Assembly (NCBI RefSeq): GCF_963676685.1
Contig: NC_092345.1
Location: 86,676,001-86,740,000, forward strand
Source of the DNA: Mytilus edulis
Taxonomy: Eukaryota
Length of the DNA stretch: 64,000 bases
Reading direction: 5' to 3'
Part shown: in pieces, positions 40,031 to 51,240 of the stretch
Numbering within the stretch: the stretch's first letter is position 1
Layout: every line of letters begins with the position of its first letter
Position numbers and translations under genes: made by a program
Notes under the pieces: model-generated
What the model saw: only the letters and a program-made list of their open reading frames with translations
What the model was told of the DNA's origin: nothing
Database searches by the model: none

Positions 40031-40736
40031 TCATGTATTGATGATCCTGTGGCATTTCGCACTCTGAAAATTAATAAACTGGGATAAAGTAAAACAGACA
40101 TCAAGATACTTTTAGAATTAAAAAAAATCAAGTTTAGACGTAATACAAAATACCTGTCAACCTTTGAAAGATAGATAAAAAGGTCATTGTATTAACTATG
40201 GTATTGTTGTGAGCCTGATAACAAAAAGAGATTATAAAATAAGCAGAATCAAAGAATTGATAATATAAACTTTAAATTAACTAAAAATACCTAAATATAG
40301 TACTTGTACGTGAATAAAAGGATTTGATGTGCATTGTGGAAAATATTAAGAAACATTTATTAAATGATCATATGGTCCGTGATGAAAAATGGAATTTTCT
40401 TCTCAGACCATCGTGATTTTTTATTTGTATAAAAGGTTATGTGACTAGCGGAGCATACAAATCAATTAAGCCGCTCGATCAGAAAATCCAGCTTTAATCA
40501 AAACCTACGATGCCACTGCCTTCTGTACCATAAAAAGACAATATTCTGAAAAGAAGGTAAGAAGAAACAGTCAAGAGCAAACCAAAAAATAATGCAGAGC
40601 AGCCAAAAGCCAATACATAATAATCGAGAGCAACCGAGTGACATTTTGAATAATTTGCAAATGCTATAAAAAAGTTTAAAAAAACAGGTGCATTCTGGAG
40701 CAAATGTCAAACTCCTATTTACATGGAGCACCTTAA
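40031..40736 (+). pseudogene. Decayed death-fold-like coding sequence, copy B
   Basis: SCIDDPVAFRTLKINKLG*SKTDIKILLELKKIKFRRNTKYLSTFER* / IVENIKKHLLNDHMVRDEKWNFLLR / ESNRVTF*IICKCYKKV*KNRCILEQMSNSYLHGAP*. Confidence 0.45.
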
Positions 40737-41140
40737 ATAATATTAGAAGTGAGCAGTATGGACGATAGTTACGTGCTGTCACTTATTAACGACATATAAA
40801 ACGTCAGTGATTAGAATAGACGTATCACAAAATTTACCACATTTACATCTGATAATTATATTTGAATCTCCTGATACAAAAATATCAACATTAATTCATT
40901 TTTAACTGACTTCTCCAAAATGATTCGTACGGATTTATACAAAGAAATAAAGTTAAAATACGAATGCGATAGTTTGAATATAAGTACTAGTATGTTCTTG
41001 GAAATAAACTACTGTGTTGAGCCATTTCTTCCTTTGTGCAATGCAGTGTATTATTTGTTAATGCATACATATTTTTTTAATTAACACTTCTTATTGTGTC
41101 GTGTCGTACCTTTTAAAGTGGTTACTGTAGTCTTGTTTAA

Positions 41141-42330
41141 GGGAATACGATACAGTTACAGGGGAGGTAATGACGTTGCTAACGTAAATTGTTATTTTCG
41201 CGACGTTAAACTATGACTTATCGGGAAAAGATTCAGTTTTCGGATGATTTTTATCATTCAAACTTACTTCACTTGAAAAAGAGTTCAGGGACCCCTCTTT
41301 TTTAAAATGCCATTTGGTTTGTTTACGCGAAAAGATTGTGTGTCTTAATTTTCATGAAAACGTTAATAGTGCAATTTTTTTAAAGGAGTAGGAAAGGTAA
41401 GGGCCGATTTTGGCCTCAAATTCCAGGTTCATCTTACGAAAGATTTTGGACACTTTTTAAACATCTAAGTGTCTATATCAATTGATTTGATTAGTTTTTG
41501 TGAAAGATTTTAACTGATTTAGTCAATAAAATGGTTCCGATTCAAGCTTAAATATGAAAAATCTATCAAATATGCAAACAAACCGTCACTTAAGGTGGTT
41601 TTTGTCAAAAATGAAAGTGTTCATCCTCAACCTTTATATATTTTATATATTATCATCAAATACAACTTACATTTCATTATTATGAATGAACACGAATGCG
41701 ACCACTTTCATTTAAGACGGAAACCATCTAAAATTTAACTAAAATGCTGAAATTTTAAAGATTTCAGTAATTTAGCATGACTTAATGATGCTAGTACTCG
41801 ATATATTTGCATTGTATTGTCGATAACAGCCCATATGTTTGTAGCAGAAGCATTATACTTTCCAATATAAAGCTAAAAAATTACATTTTCACAATTTTGT
41901 AAAACTGATATATTTTGGGGCCAAAAAGGGGTCTTACTGAACCTTCTTCTTTGATAGATATACAGCAAAAAAAGATGTTTTTTTTTCTACATTCATGAAC
42001 ATTTGAGAAATATGAGATATTTCTGAATAAAAAATGTATAAATTTTTAGGATACTTATAAAATACAGAATTTACAAATTATTTAACAAAAAAACAATTTG
42101 TGTTTATCTTTTAAAACAAAAAAGTTATGTCTTTCTTTCGAAAGCAAAAATACGGCCACAAATCCGAATTTTGAGCAAATGTACAAAATGTTGACCTCAT
42201 TTTTCTCAAAAAGTAGCACATGAAGGTATATTTTTTTATAACATATTTGATTTAATCAGGTAAAAAATAGTCTATATGGAATTTTTTTTATTCAAATGTA
42301 AATATGGGATCAAAACTGTATCGTATGCCC
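41141..42330. mobile_element. Kolobok-like MITE (GG..CC termini, TTAA TSD)
   Basis: TTAA|GGGAATACGATACAGTT ... AACTGTATCGTATGCCC|TTAA. The paralogous empty site with a single TTAA is at ~38835. Confidence 0.92.
41384..41950. mobile_element. Second Kolobok-like MITE nested in 41141-42330
   Basis: TTAA|AGGAGTAGG..GTAAGGGCCGATTTTGGCCTCAAA ... TTTTGGGGCCAAAAAGGGGTCTTAC..ACCTTCTTCT|TTGA; imperfect TIRs and a decayed TTAA. Confidence 0.7.
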
Positions 42331-44107
42331 TTAAAGCGAAAGAACTTATAAAATCCTTTCAATCCCTCTTGTTAAAGGCAAGTCTGTTTTTTTGTTTAAA
42401 GTTGATGTTCCAATGAAAAGATTCACTGTGTTATCATGCAGTAACTGATTTTCAAATGTTTTCACGAGTTAAAAACAGCATGTCCTTCAAATATTTATGA
42501 AGGTAGTGCATAATTGTAAATTTATCAGAATATCAAAGAACATTTGAAATACATATTTATAATATTATTTTTTTATTCTACATTTTTAGTTTAGTAATTT
42601 AACAAGTTTTGAATTGTATACATATAAATGATATCTACATGCTTTATAGATTTTTAATCCTATGATCCAGGGCGTAAATCCTAAATGAGATAACCTACTT
42701 CCAACGAATCAAAACTGTGTTATTGTTGATGTCTCGATTGTGACAAACTTTTTACACTTTTACAAGGAAAAATCCATCAAAGATGCCAAGCTTATAATTG
42801 TGTACGTAAAACGCGCGTTTGGTCAACACAAGACGCATCAGTGATGCGGAAGAAAACAAAAACAAATAAAGTCGAAGAGCATTTACGACCTAAATCCGAA
42901 ATGACGTGTTTCCCTCAGTTAAAGTTTGTAACCCGGATTTGTTTTTATCTCAATCGATTTATGACTTTCGAACAGCAGTATACTACTGTTGCCTTTATTT
43001 AGTTACATTTTTTCGTATGTGTCTATTAAGATGTGATTGTCGGGAGCCTTTAACTATGGCACTCTTTCAACTGAGATCACGCCCAGTTTTTGGTGGGGTT
43101 CGTGTTGCTTATTCTTTAGTTTTATATGTTGTGTCATGTGAACTATTGTTTGTCTTTTTCATTTTTGGCCATTGTGTTGTCAGTTTATTTTCGATTTATG
43201 AGTTTGACTGTCCCTCTTTCAATGAATGGACGACCAGGCAATATTGATGTGACTTAAAATAAATATAAAATGGGACAACTAATTTTGTAAACAAAATCGA
43301 TTAAAACAATCATACTGATGCGTCTTGTAATGAATTAATGAATGAATCAATAGGTAAATAAATTACAACTAAATCAAAATAGTTGAAAATCTATAGTTTT
43401 ACCACAAATATATATTTATATACTTATATATAAGTGCAGTCTAGATATTTATGCAATGAAAGTAAAGTTATCGTTTTGATACAACTTCTGATATTCTGGT
43501 TTTTGAATTATTATGTAATGTTGCTTAAAGATGTTTGTTTATGGTTATTATCAGATTCTGTGATGTTTTATTTGTCCCACAAAACGTAACATGATAAGAT
43601 ATGAAGCCGTTTGAACTTGGATCAAGAAGTATAATTTTACCCTGTTATATACTGAATACATCACACATGTGCTACAGGTGGAAATAAGGATGATCTTTTC
43701 TTATCTTGATATAGATCTTCCTTCAACATTTGCACAAACATAAATACATAAATAAATAATTGTAATCTTATTGGCATAAGGTTTTTTTTTCGTTCAGACT
43801 CAATATTTTTGTATCGGAAAAATGAAAACTATGAAAAAAATAACATGCATATATTGATATCAACTTATAGAATATCATGTGTTCAAAATGTTAAAACATT
43901 TGTATTGGCTAGAATTTGTTGTCACGGTTGGTTAATTATCAACAAGGTTATAGCATTCTTAACTCATTGTCTTCATAAACCAAATGAAAAACAAGGGGAT
44001 ACAGTGAGACACAAGTTGAGTCAGGACTAAACGACTTTACTTTGATACAAGAAATAAACATTGATTGTTATTCATTACAATCTTATAAGGTCATCATAAT
44101 AATTTCG

Positions 44108-44556
44108 CAAATATGGTCGTATTTACACCACAAATGTCACCCTGTGTACATACAACCATGTGCACCTGGAAAAGTTAAAGAGCATGGCTGGACTTAGATA
44201 AATGAAATTTAATTGCTTTTTATGTTTGAGAATATTTACTAGATTTACTTGATTTTGCTATTCATTTTTTTTCTTTCCAGCAGAAGGTGCGAAAATAAAC
44301 TAAGTTGGGAAAAAGGTTTTAGAAGCTCCCCGCATATGATACATTTTGCGAGATGTATTGATTTAAATGGAAAAAAGATGGACAAAAGATATTTCCAAAC
44401 AATAATTTAATTTAACTGTGTAACTGTGAAAATCCACATCAATATCCAGGTAAGTTTTTAATTTTCTAAGTCCAGCTAGGTCTTGAAACTTTGCTAGATG
44501 CATAGGTTTGTGTGTACTAAGAGTATAATTTGTGATGTAAATTAGGCCATAATTTT
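44108..44556. mobile_element. Old foldback/MITE with ~100-bp degenerate inverted arms
   Basis: The left arm (tttacaccacaaat...gtacatacaa...gctggacttaga) is the reverse complement of the right arm (tctaagtccagc...ttgtgtgtac...atttgtgatgtaaa). Confidence 0.65.
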
Positions 44557-47549
44557 CAATTCCTTTATATAAAACTAGAGTATATACTAATATCTTTATT
44601 TAACCAATGTGTCCATGTGTCCAGTAGACAGACAGATGTAAGCCAACTACTTTTTTCATTGGCACCTTGCCATTAATCCTACTAGTACTTAGGGTAGCTT
44701 AACTTAATTTGTTATGACAATCACATGATAGTGTGTGTGGGTGGTAAACTGATATAACCACTTTAAGTTTGTGTCTGTACCAAAGTAAGAGAAACATACT
44801 TGATGATGTGATATGCGTTTCAATCTTTTTGTTTCAATATTTTTCTAAAAGAAGTCAGGGTGTTAATGATGTACATGGTCTGTTGAACTTTTCAGTATAT
44901 AAAATAATTCACATATTCCGAAATCTTTAAAAAAAAAAAATGGGGCTTATCATTTCAAAACTAAATTTACACTTTGAAAAAACTATAAGATATTACAAAC
45001 ACATTGAACATCAGTCAGTTATTATTCTACCACATTGTCAAAATCTGAATAAGTCTGGAGTGAGTAAAATGATTTAGAAGCACAAGGGAACATGTCTTAA
45101 TGAAAGCAAACATGTTGTAAAAATAATTTGAAGCAAATTTTGTTATATAAGGATTCACTGCATGGATAGACGTAATGACGTGGCTCTTTTTTAGAAGAAA
45201 TAATCAATCAACATATAGACAAGCGACAAAAAGAAAAAAGTAAACTAAAAAAAATACTGAACTTACAGGAAAATCTAATCGGAAAGTCCATAATCACATG
45301 GCAAAATCAAATAACAAAACACATAAAAAAATTAATGGACAAGAACTGTCATATTTCTGACTTGGTACAGGCATTTTCAAATGTAGAAAATGGTGGATTA
45401 AACCTGGTTTTATAGCGATAAACCTCTCATCAAATTACATTTTAGGAAATTTAATCTTCTATTTAAATACTTCGAACGACATTATTTTATATCTCTACCT
45501 GTCTGACATTTACATTCTGACGTTGTATGCGCGATTCAAGTCGATCTGGCTCGGTCCCAGTGCTTAAAACTTTTAAATCGTTTATTGGATTACACATACA
45601 TAAATAAAATTCATAATAAGAAAGCAATGAATGAGGTTGTTACATTTGATATATGTTTTTTTTGTGCACCTTTTTTTAATATTTGTTGGTCTTCCATTTT
45701 TGCTATTTGTTTTGTCTATATGGTTTTTTTTTATGTTTCTTCGTTACATATATGACGTGGCTCTGTACTTATGTATCCCGTCATTGTGTTATACCATGGT
45801 AAATTTGTGTGCTCTAGTGGTTTTTTTTTTTTAATTTGTACTAATATGTTTTTTCTTGTGCCATTTTGTGCTTCTGTGTTACATGTTTGTATGTTTTTTT
45901 TTTAGTGATTAGGATTATAGCACAATGTTGACTGCTGTATTATTGACATTTTTATCTATTATGTCTGTTAGTTTTGTTCACGCATCGTTGTCAATATAAT
46001 GGAATTTAATGCCACTGTCATACAAACGAGAGGTTTAGCTAGCTGTTAAACCAGGTTTAATCCACCATTTTCTATATAAAAAAATGCCTGTACTAAATCT
46101 GGAATATGACAGTTGTTATCCATTCGTTTGATGTGTTTTAGATTTTGATTTTGCCATTTGATTAGGGACCTTCGATTTTGAATTTTCCTCGGAATTCAGT
46201 ATAATTGTGATTTAACTTTTAAATGTACAAACATAATAAAATAACTCAGATAAAAGAACATCATGATTGTGTGTTGGATGTTTAAATCCTTTATAACAGG
46301 ATTATAAAAAAAATTGTGCAAAAATATGAATAAAATTTGAGGTAACAAATTATGGTCGTCATCTTCACTGAACATCGTGTAGTTTATATCCTGTGTTAAA
46401 CTATACTAAATTGGGTTATACTGTAATCAGCTATTTCACTATACAGATAAAGCTATACGTATAAACGATAGCTTTATACGTCAATGACCTCAACAAACCT
46501 ATAAGCCCCGCCTACTTACCGGAACTAGTGTATTTCATCAACAATGTCACGTCACAACCATGACAACGTGTTGTAACAATGATCAAACTTTTATGAATGT
46601 AAACTTGTTATGTATTCAAATTGGTAATTTATATACCATGTTTATCAAATGTTATTAATTAAGTTCATTTTCCCTTTCTAATTCCTTAAAATGTCAATGG
46701 CTTACCGCCTGGACTACGCTTATATGGAAATACCCCAAAATGGTACCCCGAGAGGAAATTCCAAACACTTTTAACAATATTTGTCACAATTTTTTTTTTT
46801 TTTTTTATCGATTTCAGTATAAAAACAATATACATATAATGTGTTAAAATATGAAATTTATTTGTATTCGGCACAAAACGGAAATTTTCGGTAAATCCTC
46901 GCATTTCCCCCCGTTTCTAAGCCTCATACAAATAAATTTCATTTTTCAAGACACTATACGTATATTGTCTAATTATATATATTATGCAGAAAAACTGACA
47001 ATCATAGTCAATTTATAATTCAATGAATTAAGATATGAGTCAAACACACCTGTCAACAGTATGGTTCGACCTCACAACCTCAGTGTTGACAGGCTAGTGA
47101 TACAGTATGTTATCTACTTAAACCACTAGGCCTCTTAATCCGTGATTTACATCATAAAATATATCAAATATATTTTAATTTATTTTACCTCACGTAACAT
47201 TTTCTATATGACATAAGTGCTCAATATTTTCACTATTTGCAAGTGTTTAACTATTGGACCGGTCAACAGTTTCCAATTTTTGGACCTCGATGAAACTGTT
47301 TGACCGCAAACGTCATTACATTTCGCAGAATTTAAATCTACGGAATTGGGGAATTTTGAAAATATCGCGGTAGTTACGACGTTTCATTATACCTATTGTA
47401 TATAGTGTTAACGTCAGTGCAGGATGAAGCCTTAGCATTTTAGAATATTTATGAAGTAAACGTTAAACAGTATGGCTAGGTTTCTGCTTTTTATATTACG
47501 ATAGTTTTTTTCATCCCTGCCATTTATTGTATATTTTCGATATAATAAA

Positions 47550-47692
47550 TCACTTACTGACTGAATATTCCTGGAATAGTAAGTGCATTTTTCCTTTGGA
47601 TACAACTATAGCCCTAAGCTACGCTTCAGGGAAATAGTTGCACCTCAGGGACAATAAACTTACTATTCCACTCATACACAGTCAATAGGTAT
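47550..47692. repeat. Degenerate long hairpin, probably the terminus of a palindrome-ended non-autonomous element
   Basis: tgactg...ggaatagtaagt...caactat.gccct / agggaaatagttg...acttactattcc...cagtca. Confidence 0.7.
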
Positions 47693-47769
47693 ACAATGTT
47701 GGTGATATAAGTAGATGTCAGTTATCAACTTCAATATTAAACAAACTACAATAATAATATCAGATTATT

Positions 47770-47894
47770 ACATGGCATTTTTCATATCGCATGTATTATC
47801 AGCCCTAGGTTCAATATCAGCCCAAGAGCCGCATGGCTCGAGGGCTGATATTGACCGAGGGCTGATAATACATGCGATATGAAAAATGACATGT
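47770..47894. repeat. 125-bp near-perfect palindrome, probable end of a Crypton-like non-autonomous element extending to about 48522
   Basis: ACATGGCATTTTTCATATCGCATGTATTATCAGCCCT..TCAATATCAGCCC..GAGCC-gcat-GGCTC..GGGCTGATATTGA..AGGGCTGATAATACATGCGATATGAAAAATGACATGT. The Crypton assignment is inference. Confidence 0.85.
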
Positions 47895-50834
47895 TATGAT
47901 CTTTTTATCATATGCTTCAACAGTAGAGAAAAATAACAGATTCATATATTGATCCTTCTACATGGTTCCCGAAAAGAAGTTGAAAGAGTAAAAAGTTCAC
48001 GGACGTCGGAACCAAAATTTGATACATTCAATATGAAATCTTTCTATCATATGCCTCAACAGAGAAAAAAACAACATTTTAATATTGACGAATCGACTAA
48101 AAATAATTCAACAATATACATAATAAACATTGTTTGGAAAAGTCAACTTTTTTAAAGTAACTTTCTAAATTATGTTTCAGAAAAACTTAAAAACTGCATT
48201 TATTTAATATTTTTTTTTTTAATTTAATGTAATCATTTTACACAATATACTTTCCACTATTGAAATAATTGTTTTGTGCACTACTTTGTAATGTTTTTCA
48301 CTGAAAACGTAGCATTGAGGTGTATTTTCCGGAATTTGCCGAGTATCACCGGAATGCCATGTGATAACGTTACGGAAAGGCATGTGATAACAATCGAAGC
48401 ATGTGATAAACTTTTCATATCAGCCCGCTAAACACCAATTCGAAAAATATGGAAAATACTTTAATTTAATGCTATTATCATACGGTAAAAATCATATGTT
48501 ATTTAGTCTAAGTATATGATAATATATCGATATACAGGGTTGTGCTATGATTATCAATCAAACAACTATCAAACCTAGTTTATATGAAGCAGACTTAAGC
48601 AACTTTAGGTATTTAGATATTGCATTGAATAGCAAATTGGTTGTAATAGATTCAACTACAATTCTGATTAAAGGAAGATAACTCAAATTTTTAACATCAT
48701 TGATTCTTGCACCTTGCAAAAGTCATGTTATTTTCTTGACAAGCATTACATCATTTTTTGACTTGTATATCTGATCGTATTTTACATTCATATATTTCCT
48801 GGATAGAATGTATATAAGGGTATAATCAATGCCCTATGGTTTGTGTATCTCAAAGGTAGTGATAAACATTAGAATATTTAGATATCAAGTCAATAAGCTG
48901 GGGTTTTGATTGCATTTCATACAATCTTCATCCCAAAAAAAGTAAGAAGAAAGGCAGAAAGCACACAAGGACGAAGTGTTAAATAATTCATAAAAAAAAA
49001 ACAAAAATAAAAACCAATGGCTTGAATAAGCACCTCACAATAAAAAAAAATCAGGTTAAGATAAAGAAATTCTAGGCAGTATGAAAACATTGTAAAAGTT
49101 CTAAAAGAGATCACAGACATCATAATACATGTTCATGCATATAATATAATGATAACTTATATAGGCAGAACTAAACATGAATATATTGGACAATGCAAAC
49201 TGTATAAACTGCAACAAGACAAGGTAAAAGGATCAACCAAACAGTTCAACTTCAAGTATGCTAAATACAAATAGTTGTTGATGGTACATATGATGTTTAT
49301 TCATTATACATCATACTAGCTTTTAAAGGTACCATGATTATAATTTAATTATTCTGTGCTTTCTCGAGATTATAAGTGAATCTTTGCACTATTTCAAGGC
49401 AATTTTTTTCACAGATGAAAAATGTTTTGTCGTCGCAGAGACCTGATTAGCCTCTGTATTTCAAAAGGCCGCTCGTTGAATTAGTCAATTCGATTTTAAC
49501 ACGAATTAACAAGTTTGCATCAGACTCGGTTGTAAACTATTTTATCCAATTCAAATCATATTGAAAATAAATTTTCTAAGATTTGACGGAACCTTTCATC
49601 TGTTTAATACATAAATTATGTTGCGCTGTATATCACGCTTAAGCGACATTACCAGTGATGACAATGAGGATGAAATATTGAAATTATTTGCGTCGGGCGC
49701 AAAAGCTGATGCTTCGTTTTCTGATTTCTCACAAATTTAGAACATTGATCCGGGTTTCAGAAAACCTGGATGCACAAGTTTTCATTGCCGAAAATATTCA
49801 AATGGCAGTTACAAAAACAACAACAAAAAGAATAAATATTCAGCAATGAAAGCAAAGAAGAGTGGCAATACTGGCTAGGCTAAGTTAATGACAGGATATG
49901 ACTGGTTTTCGCACGAATGGCAAAAACTATATATTTGAATTATTACACGATACAAAAATCTTTATGGAGTGGCATGGTACCATTTATAAGAGTGGCAGAA
50001 ATGCTTAAATCCAAAACTCAAAATGCAAAATGATGCGAGAGAACATTTCTAAAGAAATGGCAGTGTTGAGTAATACACATTTCAAGCTGTCAATTTAAAG
50101 GACAGATTTCTCTGAAGCCACACATTGATAGAAAATGCCATGAACTTTGCAATCGCGATGAAGACGTAGGTAGCTACATTTTTGTAGATGACGTAGGCAA
50201 GAAATGAAATTAACAAAACTAGCAAGAACATAAAAATCATCTATGGTAGAATTTCCAGCTACAAAGGGAATTTCAGGGCACGAACTAAGTTTTAGACCAA
50301 AGGGGCTATCAGCCAAGACCAAGTTACCAGAGGGTTCAATCGAGAAGAAGTAGACACAATGGCTACAGTCAAATTTGTTAACCACAAGGTTGAATAAACC
50401 ATTGAATAATTTTGTTCAGTGAATTCTAGATCCTGATAGTAAATAGTTATCAAAGTTACCTGGATTATAATTTGATAAATTTGAAATCAAGGCTTCCAGA
50501 CAAAACTATAAAAAATCTTTCTTTAACCTTGAAGACAGTCAACCAATGTTAAGTATGAATAGTCTTGAAGAAACTGGGTTTTGTAGTGTACATTGAGACA
50601 AGCTAGTTCACTTTATCTTTAAAGTTACTCCTAGATTATTTGTCTACATTGTTTCAAAAAGGATGATCTAATAGCTGTATAAATAAGCAATAAGCACAAA
50701 CCAGCAAAATGTCAGTTTTAACAGTAATATTCAGATTTTTGAAAGGTATGTTAAATCGTAGACCACTAAGAACAAGATAATTGTAAAATTGGAATGACGG
50801 TAAAGCAATGAGCTATTTAGAATCACTATATCCA

Positions 50835-51240
50835 TTACAGGATTTGGATTTTAAAATGCTAACTGTAAAATGTGTTGCTTTAATTGCTCTGGTATCTTCT
50901 TAAAGATTGCAAACACTCAGTTCAGGCACATTATTTTTGTCACAACTTAATTAAAGAAAATTGTTTCTCAGAAAAAAAGAAATTTGTCCTGTTAAAAATT
51001 TAAAACATTATATTCGCCGAACTTAAAATCTAAGAACAAGTAGTTAATTGTTCATTCCATTCAAAACTTTAAAAGCAGCTGTAACAAACTGTTCACTTGA
51101 TAGGTGGCTGAAATTTGTACTGTCGAATGCAGGCATAAATATGTCGAAATTGAAAGCTCATTCATATAGAGATACGTCTTCTTTTGCAGCTAAAGGAAAA
51201 GGTATATCATTAAACGATATTCAGCGAAAAGGACAGCAGC
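50835..51240 (+). mobile_element. Degraded tyrosine recombinase of a DIRS1-type retrotransposon
   Basis: DFKMLTVKCVALIALVSS*RLQTL (catalytic Arg region), ICPVKNLKHYIRRT, RWLKFVLSNAGI..KAHSYR (HxxR); stops and deletions present. Confidence 0.8.

Larger units (their letters stand above)
36520..42900 (+). repeat. Old tandem segmental duplication: unit A ~36520-39450, unit B ~40000-42900
   Basis: Colinear shared blocks: gatgatcctgtggcatttcgcact (36563/40040), actagcggagcatacaa (36966/40444), gcattctggagcaa (37222/40690), cacttcttattgtgt (38781/41085), gaatcaaaactgtgttattgttgatgtctcgattgtgacaaacttt (39227/42706). Confidence 0.92.

Noticed and set aside
40494-40782. Minus-strand hydrophobic, Cys-rich ORFs
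   Set aside because: Not preserved in duplication copy A; the cross-copy conservation pattern fits the + strand reading instead.
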